Assembly: GCF_021869535.1 (NCBI RefSeq)
Contig: NW_026262690.1
Coordinates: forward strand, 103,788,001 to 103,852,000
Direction of reading: 5' to 3'
Source of the DNA: Mytilus californianus
Lineage: Eukaryota
Length of the DNA stretch: 64,000 nt
The position numbers and the translations under genes were made by a program. A model generated the notes under the pieces. That model ran no database searches and was not told the DNA's origin. It saw only the letters and a list, made by a program, of their open reading frames with translations. Positions 35,901-49,716 of the stretch are shown piece by piece (positions within the stretch are counted from its first letter, which is position 1; each line of letters begins with the position of its first letter).

Positions 35901-37431
35901 CACCTGTCTTTTTATATATAAGACTAATCATTCCACATTTCATAGATCTAACTTAAACACCTTCTTTTTCAATAACATTAAACAAATCAAATAATACATT
36001 TCTGAGTTCGTTATAAAATTGACAATAAAACTCAATTGTAAGCCCATCAGGTCCTGACCTTTTATTTTTGTTACATATGAGTAATTGCTTTAAAAAAATT
36101 TTCATGAGAAATATCTGAATCACAAAAGTTACAATCATTATCATCTACTTTTGTATCTACACTATCTAACAATTGTGACATTTTATCATTATCTGTATCT
36201 ACACGTCAGTACAATTCTTCTAAAATTTATATTGTAAATCTAAAAAAAAATTCAGTGTCATAAACTGTTTCATTGTTCTCATTTAGCAATTCTTTTATAG
36301 AATTACTCTCTTGTTTATATTTTTCCAGATTCAAAAAATACTTTGTATTCTTATGTGACTCAACAGCCCAAATAGCTTTTGATCTAAGTAGTGCACCTCT
36401 ACATTTTTCTAATTCATATGCTGACAATTCAAGTTTCAAACTTTCTAACTTAGCTACATCATTAACTTAATTACAAGCAGCCTTTTTACATAAATTATAA
36501 ATCTGCCTTTCTAATCTATAATATTCTCTTTTGTTTTGTTTTTTTTTTTTTTTTGCCATTGTAGACGAAAAAGATTGGGAATATTTTTTTTTTAATTCTA
36601 TATTTAAGATGATCCCACCAAATCATTAAATCTTTATTATATTATTCATTTTCTTTTTCATCAGATATGATTTCTTTTACTCTCCTTACATATTCGTCAT
36701 TATATAACGATGTATTATTGAGCCACCACAATCCAGGACCTCTTTCAGTATTACTACAGTTAAAATTCATAATTACAAATGCACGATCACTTAAACTAGT
36801 AGTATTATAATATACATTCTGAACATAAGACGATAATTGTTTATTTTCAAAGAAATAATCAATTCTGCTTTGTTGTAATTTTCCTTTTCAAATTCTTTTC
36901 TAGTACGCCATACATCATATAAGTTGTTGTTTTCAATAAAATCATTTAGTTTTCTACATGGTTCATCTATAACATGACTTCTTTTACCACCTGTCTAACA
37001 TAGATAGAGAAGTATTAAAATCTCCACCAATTATTAAGTTATTTAACTTTTCTGTATACTGTTTAACAAAATTAAAAAAAAAGATTCTTTCAGCAATTAC
37101 ATTTGTAGCATACAATGAAATTGTATTAAACAATTGTCCATCTTCTACATATGTTATATGGTAAAAATTTACCATCACAATCTTTATATATACATTTAAT
37201 CTTATTCTTAAGATAATTATTCACTAAAACAGCCACATCCCGTCTACCATGTGAACTGTAATATATATCACCTTCATATAAGTGTTTAACATCATCTACA
37301 TAAGCATCATCCGAGAATGTTTCTTTTAATAATACAATCCTAAATTTTCTATCATGAATAATACTTATAAAATTCTCAAAATTAACTACATTCTTTTAAC
37401 CATTACAATTAAAAGAACAAATAACAATCAT
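33000..37431 (-). pseudogene. E5 ORF2 relic (APE-RT-Cys)
   Basis: MIVICSFNCNG start; IIGGDFNT, LRSKAIWAVES, KRSGPDGLTIEFY, LNLQGRFTVVNSLMLSRFWY, MYAFRLKY. Confidence 0.88.
35030..35520. repeat. Cluster of interspersed repeats nested in E5
   Basis: ATAAAATTGAGAATGGAAATGGGGAATGTGTCAAAGAGACAACAACCCGACC (also at 39377-39446, and inverted near 24765 and 55066), plus a CCTAAGTCAGGAGCC-type repeat related to 52740-52800 and 56540-56890. Confidence 0.75.
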
Positions 37432-37471
37432 TTCAAAAAGAAAAACAATCTTGCATATTAACTTATCCATT

Positions 37472-38960
37472 TTACTCATATGTTCTGTCGACCACATTTC
37501 TTACATTTTTACCACTCAAATTAGGAGTAACCTTAATACTAGATCTCCTTTCAAGTCTCCTCTGTTTTTTCTTTATTTTTCTGGTCATTTTAGCACTTAT
37601 ACATTTACTTGTGTCATTATCATTTTCATTTTCACTCCTCAAATTCAATTTCATTTTCACTCTCCCCGGCGACAATATAGTCCCCAGGAGGAGCGTCATT
37701 CTTGGCTATTTTTAACTTTTTTCCATCAGAAAAATTTCTGTCTGCATTGATGGTTTCATAACAATCTTCTATGTTATCTATATTCAATATTTCATCGCCA
37801 AGTCTCTCATTGTTACTTTTTCCGCTTTCTATTTTCTTCTTGAATATTACTTTCTTGTTTATCTAGCTGCACCACATTAACTTCTACCGGAACAGTTGAT
37901 ATAGTATCAGTATTGTCAACAGATACATTATTCTCTGGCCAAACATCAGTGATATCTTCATCATCTATTTCACCTGGTTTTTGTATTATAATTTCCGGAT
38001 CATTTTCGTCATTCTGTTTGTTCCAAGTACAACGCTCGGGTATCTCTCTGCGTGTGTCACATGTACAAACACGTGGATATTTACGACAGTTTTGACAAGG
38101 ACAAACGCACGGATCACTTTTACAAAAAGTGCAAGTACGTATACATGGGTACTTGTCACATTTGTAGCAGGTGCATATACATTTTCTTCCCGCAGATGTT
38201 ACATTTGCACATGCAAAAATATAAACAACAGACATCACAGTTATTTTTCTTTTCATGTGTCGAATGTTGATCTTGTCCTATTGAAGCTATTTCCACACAC
38301 ACATTGTAATGGTAAATTATGACAATATTTTATTTGTTAACTTTACATTGTCTCTTTGAATATCCCTGTTCACCACACCCGTGGCACTCAAAGTACGGAC
38401 ACTGTTTATGCATATGCTCTGGGGACAAACATTTCGAGCACACCTTCATCTGGTTGTTGTGTACAACACGAAAATACTTAATAACTGAGCCAATTTTAAA
38501 AGGCATTGTCCATGGCAAAGCTACCATTCCAGGTTGAAATTTACATCTCATAATACTAGTCTCGTCCGCTCCTTGCGTTCCAGGTATTGCTCGTCTGTAT
38601 ATGTGATAAACAATTTTAATCCCATTTGATACTAATTTACTTCTTATATCTTCATCCCAAATAAACGATGGAAGTTTCATGATTGAAACAACGGTTATAT
38701 CCGAATATAAAATACTAACTTGATATTCCCTGTTTGCAATATCGATTCCTTCTTACACTAATTTGTAAGCAGTTTGTTATATAATAAGACATGGCATCAT
38801 TTTAAACAACAGCTGTCACAGAGTTTAAACCCGTAATTGTTTCCACATCTTCGATTACCATTCTTTCACCATAACATCAGTACGTATTATTTTTCTATTC
38901 TCACTGTACAGTCTCTCTGATACGACGTTTCACCAAGAACATAATTTTGCTTTTGATTAT
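37472..38960 (-). pseudogene. E5 ORF1 relic with CCHC knuckles and expanded Cys-rich repeats
   Basis: VCSKCLSPEHMHKQCPYFECHGCGEQGYSKRQC; CYKCDKYPC, CTFCKSDPCVC, CQNCRKYPRVCTC; ends KVTPNLSGKNV. Confidence 0.82.
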
Positions 38961-39229
38961 ATTCCTTACTGTAATTATTGAATCATAATATCCTGATGAA
39001 CCACAGAAAAATCGACCGGAGAAATGATGACACTTCTATCTTACGTCTGTGCTAAATTCGGAATCATGATCAATGCAAGTCTTTGTAAATGACAGCACTG
39101 TTATAGACAGCCGTTTATGAAATCTATGTAATAAATATTAGTTGGTAAATAAAAAAACTAACTACTTTTCAGTTATCGTGTATGTTTTTGCCTTTTCCAA
39201 ATTGCCAAAACGATACAATAAAAATTAAT

Positions 39230-39281
39230 CCCCCAACGTGGGGCTTGAACCCACGACCCTTAGATTAAGAGTCTCCTACTC
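39230..39281 (-). pseudogene. Degenerate tRNA-Lys 3' fragment (52 nt), cut by E6
   Basis: CCCCCAACGTGGGGCTTGAACCCACGACCCTTAGATTAAGAGTCTCCTACTC followed by T8 and CTTCTTTATT. Confidence 0.88.
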
Positions 39282-40336
39282 TTTTTTTTCTTCTTTATTC
39301 ATAAAACATTTGAAACTTATAGCATATCATGACAAAATACATACATACATACATACATGTAGTATTTACACGAATAATAAAATTGAGAATGGAAATGGGG
39401 AATGTGTCAAAGAGACAACAACCCGACCATAGAGCAGACAACAGCCAACATGAATATCAATTAGTCCATATACAACAGTTTTAACTTTTAAGTTAATAAG
39501 TAGAACACTGTAATGTCATCAGACTCTGTTATAAGTGGATTGTGTTCAGTAAAGTATTTCTCAAAAACATTCTCTTTATATTCTAATTCGTTACCTTAAA
39601 CGAATGCAAAGTATTCATAAAATAAAAGCAAACACTTGTTTCGTAGGAATAGCTCACCAGCATGTGCAGCTAACTTGATTATTTTATTAAAGAAAATGAC
39701 ATAATTTTAGTCCCGATGTCATCATGATACGACACAGCGCTGCGTTGTACACCACAGCCTACAAAATAGAAAATCAAAGAGGGAAATCATAATATAAATA
39801 TATAGGTCAACCAAACAATTTCATACCGGCGGTATAAATATCTATCTATCTATCTATCTATCTATGCATAAAACATTGCAAAAATACAAACATGCATTTG
39901 GGGTGACCCCTTCATCTACACTTAACTTCACTGTATACGAACTTCGAATGACAATATTCCTTAACTTACTTTAACAAGAAAACTATTCGCGCTTAAAAAA
40001 TCCCGTGCTATTTACATATCAAATATCATACTCAATATATTAATGCACTGCGACAAATATGGACCAATCCAATATCATATATTTATCACACACCTGTTTA
40101 TTTAATATAAACACCAATAGATGACAACTATAAAGACACATACTCACGTGTGTTTGTATGCCTCAATAGAAACACGTGTATGCTCAACTTTAATAAATAC
40201 ATTTATATTCTAATTCGTTACCTCAAACGAATATAAAGTATTCATAAAATAAAAACAAACACTTGTTTCATAGGAATAGCACGCCAGCATGTGCAGCTAT
40301 TTTCGACAAAACAAAGAAAGGCGCAACTTGTGTTTT

Positions 40337-41700
40337 TTAAATTCCTAAATTTTTAGTTACTGTCAGACGTTCACTGATGTTCTCTTTGACGTATCCGGCC
40401 TTAGCCCGATCTTTTTTCCAACGACCATGTTTTTTGAAGATACAATCTTCCACATGCGCATTTACAGCGGCAGTAGCGCCTCCGGACCTCAAACTATGCA
40501 AACCAAAATACTTTTTGTCTAATCCAATAGATGCTAAAGCAGCTAACAATTTTTTTCTTGTAGTAGTATAATAAAGCTTACCATTTCTGAATTTGTAACC
40601 ATTTACAGATTTATAAAAAGTTAAAGGACGAAAATTTAAATCGTTACTGTCCGACTTGATATTTGCTTAATTTAAATATCTCTTAACATTTTAACAGTAC
40701 ATTTAATTTTTTCAGTTTTCGAAATGAGAACATATCTACTCTCACGGTAAATATCAGTTTTACTAGTCTCTATCAGTAAAACAATGTACGAATCATGAAA
40801 AACAATATGGTTTCTTTTAAGATTTGCTAATTCGGAATACCTTAGAAAAACCAGCAACACTAATAAGGCACATACTAGCTATTCTTACATCTTTAAGATT
40901 AGATTTTTCGTTACCATATAGAATAACAATTTGATGCAAAATTTCTGGTGTAATAGGTTCTTTCTTAACAACAATGTGTTAAATAGATCTCAAAAATCCT
41001 TCTTTCACAGAAATAACTAAATCCGATTTACCCGGATTTTCAACTTGCAGGTGTTTGAAATATTAATAGATAAACACCACGTACAGAAAGCGTTGAAAAC
41101 ATGTCTATACTGTCGTTGAGTGTTGTCCGCTCTAGAAGACAAACAAAAGGATGGTATCTGATCTACGAAGAGCTGCATGGATGGGGATTAAGTCTGACGA
41201 CAAGAACCAATATCAATCCATCTCCCAATTTTGAAGACATCTGAAAAATGTGTTACCCAATATATCAATGTATTTTTATAATAAAATGCATATGACATAA
41301 AAAAAAACATTCGACTGTGTCTACTACAATATCATACTACAACATATGATACTAGGGCCATGTCGCTAAAAAAAACCTTTCTCTTCTACATTCTCAACTG
41401 AGTAATAAGTACAATCACCATGTCTCTGTAATACCAAAATTGATATCAGGACCATGTGAAAAATCACAAACTAGCGACTAGTCAAATTGCGAAACAGTCG
41501 ATAAAAGGTTTTCAGTTCCAAATAAAGGCAACAGTAGTATACCGCTGTTCAAAAGTCATAAATCGATTGAGAGAAAACAAATCCGGGTTAGAAACTAAAA
41601 CCGACGGAAACACATCAACTATAAGAGGAAAACAAAGGAACAACAGGAACACCGAAGTGCAACAAAAACAAAAAAAGATACACTTTGGACTACTTCTTTT
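40337..41700 (-). pseudogene. Tyrosine recombinase of the Ngaro element (fragmented)
   Basis: FLRYSELANLK...SKTDIYRE, and GLHSLRSGGATAA...HGRWKKDRAKAGYV (R-H-R-H/W-Y catalytic residues). Confidence 0.88.
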
Positions 41701-43520
41701 TGAATAGATTCTATTCGTTTCTTTTAATTCTAGCACATCCTTCACATATGCTTTATAAGTCAAATTTTTATTTAACATATATAACCAAAATGGCACAGAA
41801 ACCCATCGTGGGACTATCAAAGATCCTTTTGCTTTGCAGAAAATCAGATGTTTAATTGTGCGTATAACTGAATAGATAGGGGCATAAGCCAATTATTTTC
41901 TCTATGCCAATTTTGTGTAAAAGCATCAACAGCTTCTGCGGCCAGATTCCAGAAAAGTGAGTTGAACCTTTTAGTCTTATTATTCATCACGCTAGCGAAC
42001 CTGTCAATAGTAAAAGGTCCCCAGAAACTTTCTAAAAATTCAAAAAATTCATCTGAAATTTGCCAATCCTCATGATCTCTCATTTTGCTAATGTAATCTG
42101 CCTTTAAATTCAATGTGCGAGGAATCCATTGTAATTCAATGACTATATTGTGCTCTTTACAAATACAAAATATAGAATATGCAAGATTTTGTAAATCTTC
42201 TTTCATGCTTCCAGCTTGTACTATATGTACACAGTTTTGGTTATCAGTAAACCATTTCATACTTTTGCAAATAAATAAAGTACTAAACGACAATAAGGCC
42301 TGTTCAGTTGCTCTCATCTCTCTCCAGGTGGAGTTTTTACATCTTTCTAATTCATTCCACATTTTGTGAAATATCTAAGTTTTTAACTATACAGTATAAG
42401 CCCCATGGGCTACATTACTAGCATCTGAATAAAATACTATCGAAGAAAAGCTATTAGTAGCCAATTTCTTTTTATTGAAAGTAAGCCCATTAGATTTCCA
42501 TAACTTAAGCTCATTCAAAATCTCACCTGCATACTAATAAATTATTTTCGATAGTCTATCCCAGCCCAATCTTTGCACGATACACAAGTAACAGTATTTA
42601 GTCATCAATCTAGTCAAATTTCCGAACACTGGTGATAAAGAAATAATCTTGCCAGTCACTAGAGCTAATTGCCTAGCAGAGAAAAAAAAAACAAAAATCT
42701 TTCTAAAATTTCATCTATAGACTGTAACAAATCATTTAATCTTCTTCCGGGAATTGAAATGCAAAATTGAGTAGAATTCCATGTGATTCCTAACTATTCT
42801 TATTTTTGGGTAGGTTCAAACACAGATTTTTCTATATTGACTAAAAAACCAGCATCTGCTAGTGATTTTTCACAAAAATCAGAGTCTTTACGACATAACT
42901 CGTAATCTGAAGCCATCCCGAAACCATCGTCTAAATACAAGACAATATCAATTGAATTTTGTCTCCAATTTTTTACCATAGATCTCAAACATTTTGTAGC
43001 AAGTTAGGGCTTGAAGCCAGACCAAAACCTAAAACTGAAAAAAAGTAATACTTGTTATTCCAGGAAAAACCAAGAGAAGTTTGTTGCTGCGGACAAATGT
43101 CAAAATGATGATGACCTGACTTTAAATCGAACTTAAACAGATATGAATCTTTTTTGAATAACTGAATCGCTGTTTTCCAGTCTTCAAATTTAAATCTCTC
43201 TTTTTTTACTGATTTATTTCAAATTGAAGACCCAATAGCAGATTTATTCGTGGCTACCGACAAGGGATTTACAATGTAAGGCGTAAAAGGAACTACATAT
43301 ATATATATCCAGAATCAACTAATCTCAAAACGGCTTTATCAATAAAGTCGGAGTTAGAAACAGCAGTTTTATTGTTTTCCATGTGCATACTGGGGGAGGC
43401 TATAAAAAGGGAATAACATAACTTTTTTTAATTGTATCTAAAATAAAATCACTAGCTCCAATCTTAACCCAAAAACCGTAATGGATTCAATCCTGCCTTT
43501 AACACCTTTAAAGTTTTGAC
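41701..43520 (-). pseudogene. RT / RNase H / methyltransferase-like ORF of the Ngaro element (fragmented)
   Basis: IVLYLDDGFG (RT); NSTWREMRA...WFTDNQN (RNase H); WGPFTIDRFAS...RFNSLFWN...VDAFTQNW (MT-like). Confidence 0.88.
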
Positions 43521-43524
43521 GTGT

Positions 43525-44454
43525 TCAAGAAAAATGAACTTGTGGCATGAATTCGTCAAGATCGTCATTATTGCTATCATAGCAAGAAGATAAAAAACAT
43601 AAATCTAGATACTTATCATTGACAGTAACTTGATCATTGCTGTTTGGCTGGCTTTTTACTGGGTGCAGAAGCTGTGACTGATTTGAAGTTGAGGGGGCAG
43701 TTTCTTCTCCAGTGACAATACTGCTTACAGTAGTGACAGATGTCCATGGGGCACGTGCGGTGCTGGCACGAAAGGGCTGTTGATAACGACTCAAATCGCA
43801 ACCTGGAGAAGGAGCAGGGGCAGTAGCGATATGTTCAACTGCAGGAGTTGGTCTAGCTGTATACGACTGAGGGCGGGTCTTTTTCTCTTTGATAGTTTTA
43901 AGGGCCCTAGCCTCTGCCTGACGAATCTTTTTCTCGTCTACATCATTATCGGCGATATCATTGCTCTCATATTCTTTAACAGACCCCCCCCCCCCTCCCC
44001 CCCCCCCCCCCCGCCCCCGATGGAGTTATCAGCAATCATGATGAGTTTACTTCTTTCTTTTAGTTTACCCAGAAATTCACCAGCAATAAAAGAGGGGCGA
44101 AGCAACATTTACTATGTCCTAGTGGATTTTGTTGAGACCATCCATAATATTCTCGTTAAAACAAAACTGAATACCGTTCCTTTCTGATTTAAACTTAATA
44201 TTAGCCTCATCTCTGTATTTCCTTGACAAATTGTCTTGCTCTGAAAGAATGTCCGACTTTAAATCAACCAGTTTCTTGTCTAAGTAATCTTTGAAAAGGT
44301 CAAAAGTGTCTACTAAGTCACGGTTTTGTTGACTTGCTTGTGAATTGGAAGCGTTATGACGTTCATACTGACTGAGTAGGGGGTCCCTTAACAATTCGTC
44401 TTCATTCAAATCTAGGACTGGCTCTGTCATATTTTCCTCTAAACTTGACTGCAC
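43525..44454 (-). pseudogene. gag-like ORF1 relic of the Ngaro element
   Basis: FDLFKDYLDKKLVDLKSDIL...FKSERNGIQFCFN upstream of RT; interrupted by a poly-C tract. Confidence 0.6.
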
Positions 44455-46384
44455 TGTATACGAGCTTCGAATGACAATATTCCTTCACTTACTTTAACAA
44501 GAAAACTATTCGCGCTTAAAAAATCCCGTGCTATTTACATATCAAATATCATACTCAATATATTTACGCACTGCGACAAATATTGACCAATCCGAAATAT
44601 CATATATTTAAAACACAAACCTTTTTATTTAATATAAACACCAATAGATAACAACTATAAAGACACACACTCACGTGTATGCTCAACTTTAACAAATACA
44701 TTTTTTAGTTCGTTTACAATATGTATAAAGATATGCGACACAATTCTTTATTGAATATTTGAAAAAAGCTATGAGATTGAAATTTAAAGTATAATGTTTT
44801 ACAGTCTGCCTTTTTTCATGATACACAGTCTCACAATAGATAAGAAAAAATTAACAAAAACAACGTTTACATTTTTGTATTTCCCTGACATATCTAACAA
44901 ATTCATCTACCTATAACCTTGTGTTACAAGCACATCAGTTTCACATTGTTCCAATAATTTACACAATAAGTGGTAAACATAATCATGAAAGGACACTAAT
45001 ATTTGACAATCTAAAAAAAAGATGTAGCAAATCCTCAATATCAGTTTGACAACTGTCACATAGAGTTGTATCTATTAATCCAATTGACATTTGTGAAAAA
45101 TCCATAAGTTCATAATCTAATTGAACACAGTCTGGTGTCTTCCAGAAATAATGTAGAGATTTCCAAATATTACAGAATGGTAAAGTTTGTACATTCAAAG
45201 TTTTTAACCAAAATTGTTCAACATCTGGCTTGATAAAAAATTTAGATATTAAAATATCCCAAAAATTATTTTTTTTTACAATTATCAAATTTTTAACCTT
45301 ATCACCAAAGGTAACAATAAAATATGGTGACTTATCTCTACTAGCATAAAAAACACCATGCTTAGTATATTTCTTCCAATCTTTTTGGAATACATGAGTT
45401 CCTCATACAACTGCAACTGTTTTACATTTACATCATCATACATATCTGAAACCATTTCTTTGACCACATTAAAAGACAAAAAAAACTGCAATAAATTCAA
45501 AACACAAATCTTTAATTTGAGATATACCAGCTACAATAAAATGTTGCCATATTGAAATTTGACCTTGAACTTTTATTTCTGGATTTAAAAACAGAGGCTT
45601 TTGCAAAATATCAATCGATTTTATATCTACGTCTACAAAAGATTTTGCATATTTCCAGGCATCTATCATTTCAATATAAAATTTAGCAAGTGATCTATAA
45701 TCTTCTTTACTAAGTGCCATAAAAAAAAGTAAGTATCAATATTCATACAAAGAATTTTCCTTAAAAAAATTCATGGTATTTTTCCACATAGCTGTACATT
45801 CCTCATTGAAATATCTACTTATAAATTTCAACCTGAATGAAAACAATGTTAATTATATATCTGGATATTTTATTCCACCTCCATCTTTTTCCCCACGAAA
45901 ACTCTATATTTTATTAAATGGGAGGCATGTTTCCATACACAATCCAAACAACACTTGTTGATATCATCTAAAGCCCGTTCATGTATTGAGGTGACAGCTA
46001 TGGTATACCAAAGCCTAGACATAACTAATGTAAAAACAACAGTTGCTCTACCAAAAAGCTTTAACTGTCTCTGTTTCCACAACTGAGTAATTGTTTTATT
46101 TTTCTTTATCTTGTCTTTCCAATTAAGTGTATCACATTGTTTCTTGTTATTACCCAAATATATACCTAAAATCTTAACACAATCCTCACAATATTTAAGA
46201 CCTATATGTTCTTGCTCTGCAAGACTAATTTTAGCATTACCTTTAAACAATATTTAATATTTTTATTTGTTAACTTTTGATCCTGACGCTTTGCCATATT
46301 TTTACAACTTATCTATAGTTTTACAAATAGAGTCTGTATCACTCAAAGTCAAGATTGTGTCATAAGTAAAATAACAAAAAAATA

Positions 46385-46510
46385 ATACCAAGGATAATTC
46401 AAAACGGAAAGTCCTTTATCAAATAGCAAAATCAAAAGCTCAAACACATCAAACGAATGGAAAACAACTGTCATATTCCTGACTTGGTACAGACATTTCC
46501 TTATGCAGAA
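46385..46510. repeat. Interspersed repeat fragment (longer copy at about 48460-49020)
   Basis: AATTCAAAACGGAAAGTCCTTTATCAA...CTCAAACACATCAAACGAATGGAAAA present at both loci. Confidence 0.75.
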
Positions 46511-49037
46511 ATGATGGATTAAATCTGGTGTTGATAAATCTGGTGTTGATCTGCATGTTGATAAATAAGTGACATAATATTTACATGAGGTATTACTACT
46601 CCATTGTATATATTAAATCAATCGATTTATGAATTTCGAACAGCGGTATATTACTGTTGTCTTTATTTAAATGCATTTATAATTACGAAATGTACATTGC
46701 AAAGTTTCAGCTGATAATACATACAAAAGCTTAAAGGGTACCCTTGACGTATTCCATTGTTTATCTTAAAATATTTTGTTAAAAATAAACCTTACATTTT
46801 ATTGAACTCTGTATATCTGTATAAAATATTTCTATCCACTTAAAGAAAATAATGTCTCTAATGCTAGATATTGTATTGTACTGTCTCTACCCGATACACA
46901 ACAGGTTTGACAAATTGATATAATTCTACTCAAAATTTTTTAAAACGAGTAGCCACACTTTTGCTAAATGTTCATAATCGACTTGGAGTAAAGATATTAG
47001 TCAAATTTTTCAAACACTTTCTTTCACCTTTGTTTGTTCTGATATATCAAACTTATTATACCAAATTTCATTGATCTAGACATACACATATTTTTTTCTA
47101 CAGTTTGGAAAAGCTTTAAAAATACATCTTTTGATATCTGAAAAAATGTACAATAAAGTTCTACTGCCAAACCATCTGATCCTCGACTTTTGTTTTTTGA
47201 CATTTTGTTAAGAGAAAACTCAATCTCTTGTAAAGTAATATCTTCATCACACATAGAATTATCATATTCTGAAATTTTAACATCCACATATTCTGAAATC
47301 TCATTCATGACAGTCTCATCAATTTAAACACATGAGTATAGTTTCTTGAAAAAAAAGTATACTCCACATCCAGAATATATTATGTGTTACAAACAATTTC
47401 ATTGTTATCATTTAATAACTCCTTTATACAATTTGATTCTTCGTTATGTTTCTCAAGTTGTAAAAAAAATGTTTTGTATATTTATCACTTTCAGTAGCCA
47501 AGTATACATTTGAGCTAAGGATTGCTCCTTTACATTTATCCTCTTCCAAAGCACACAATTCCATCTTAAAATTTTCATAATGAGCTAAATCTGTATTTTT
47601 ACCATTTGCTATTAAAGAATTCTTTACTTAGAAATGTTGAGTATATTGACAACATATAAATTATTATAGATTTGCCTCATCTATAATATTTTATATATTG
47701 TCAATATACTCAACATTTCTAAGTAAAGAATTCTTCAATATCCACAAACTTGGTCCTTTTTCCACATTTTCAAAACTAATTTTCATTTCTACAAACCGAT
47801 GACCACTCTGTCAAGAAATCCATATAAACGAGTTTTTTTTCAAACTAAAATATATTGTGTATAAAAACAGTTACTTGTCTATTTACCAAAAAATAATCCA
47901 ACCTCGGCTACTTTAAAACATCATTATGTATCATTTTCCTAGAAAAAAACTCGTTTATATGGATTTCTTAATCTCCAAATTTTATACAAATTTGAATCAT
48001 TCATCAAAAGTTCCAATTTTCTAAATGCATTATCAGCCTGTCTTACTACATATCTCTAAGTCAGACAAAAATAATAAAAACAGCACGCTAGAAATTCCAT
48101 GCGTCCGAAGCGCTTTTCTGTGTTCACCTTCATCAGTAACGCTCAAAGTCGAATATTTGAAAGCCAAGGGTGTATAGGAACCGAAAACAGTTGAAGAGCT
48201 ATATTGTCAACTAAAATAGCAACGCCTTGTTTTCTATTTATACCATTACCATCAAGATTTTACCATTATATAATTTTTTCAATATTGTTAACTAGCCCCA
48301 TATTCCAGAATGTTTCTTGTAATAACAATATGCCTATATTTCTTTCATTAGCAATTGTAAAGTATTGTTTACAATTAACTATGTTTCTCACGCCATTACA
48401 GTTGTGACTCACTATCAGTACCATGGCTAAATATAGTAACAAAAAGTAATATGCAAAAATACCGAACTCCAAGGAAAATTCAAAACGGAAAGTCCTTTAT
48501 CAATTGGCAAAATCAAAAGCTCAAACACATCAAACGAATGGAAAATAACTGTCATATTCCTTACTTGGTACAGGCATTTCCTTATTTAGAAAATGGTGGA
48601 TTAAACCTGGTTTTATAGCTAGCTAAACCTCGCACTTGTATGACAGTCGCATATAATTCCATTATATTGACAACAATTGGTTAGCAAAACAAACAGATAT
48701 AATAGGTAAAAATGTCAAAAAATGGGATACAGCTGTCAGCATTGTGTTATATTCTTAATCACAATAAAAACAAATAACTAACAAAATTGCATAAAGACAC
48801 TCTATAGACAAAGTACATCAGCAAAAATAAAAGACAAGAATACAAAAATGACAAAAGCATAATAACTCGATGGCGGAATGTATAAATACCGAACCACGCC
48901 AAAAGTATATTACCAAAAATGGACTAAACAGTAAAGGTTAAAAACATACAAAGACAAATAAAAAGAACACTATAACACGTAATTAAGATGATAAACAATG
49001 TCAGTACCTAGAATCTATACTTCAAGACCATCATGTA

Positions 49038-49289
49038 TTATTTGTAAAGTCGATACGATACGGAATATTTATTTACAAGTTCTTGGTATCTTCCGATGAA
49101 CTCTTGGAAAAGGTCGAAACGTTCTTTGACACAACCCTGGTTCATCAACTTTATATTTTTTATAAAGTCTGAGTAGCAGCTGCAGGCTCTTGCATACCGA
49201 ATGAGTAGGGTGAATATTTTACTATCAAGTTTTTCATACGGAGAAGATCTGACCTTAACTTTATCAACCTTAGGAAAAAAATGCATCAT
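49038..49289 (-). pseudogene. Fragment of a Penelope-like RT C-terminal region
   Basis: LLIRYARACSCYSDF...LMNQG...FQEFIGRYQELVNKY resembles the post-RT helical region of PLE proteins (recalled, not searched). Confidence 0.5.
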
Positions 49290-49716
49290 ATTTCTTCTCT
49301 TTTTGCCTGATTTTTTTAAATGACTCTGTCTAAATCTTGAACCAGAGACACCAAAATACTCTTACTTTCTCTATCTCTACTGGTTGCACAATCAACGCTA
49401 CCAGCAGAGATGTTGTCTTCTTTGTCAGTGTGCTCATCACCCGACTCAGAGTCAGTTTCCATGCTCTATAAATTTTCACTTTCATTCTTAGTTTATGCTC
49501 ATATTAGGCATCCTTAGCACGAAGTTTTGCACGGGTACGCTGGGATCAAGTCTTTGTACAGGACAGCACAAACTCGTGCTTTTTTTTTTATAAACCGCAG
49601 TTTATAAAATCGATTTATGTACAGTATAAAAAAAACTAGTTTTCAATTAACGTGTATGAGAACTATGTTGTTTTTTCTTCTTCCTTAAAATGCCAAATGA
49701 TACAATAAAAAATAAT

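Larger units (their letters stand above)
32896..39066 (-). mobile_element. E5: decayed, roughly full-length Tx1 element (same family as E3)
   Basis: A tail at the tRNA site, ORF2 and ORF1 relics; array spacer resumes at 39067 (TGATCAATGCA). Confidence 0.88.
39578..44703 (-). mobile_element. Ngaro/PAT-type tyrosine-recombinase (DIRS order) retrotransposon with split direct repeats
   Basis: A1 44452-44703, ORFs, B1 40205-40300, A2 39929-40204, B2 39578-39672; RT, RNase H, MT-like and YR relics. Confidence 0.9.
39282..49516 (-). mobile_element. E6: decayed Tx1 element, 5'-truncated in ORF1, hosting an Ngaro element and other repeats
   Basis: ORF2 start MVLIVSHNCNG...LLLQETFWN at 48424; RT fragments at 47024-47308 and 45870-46250; C-terminus ends at 39488; spacer resumes about 49517. 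Confidence 0.8.

Noticed and set aside
39067-49516. Idea that long flank duplications occur only with full-length elements (inherited upstream co-transcript)
   Set aside because: E6 is truncated within ORF1 yet has about 257 bp, so duplication length does not track completeness.
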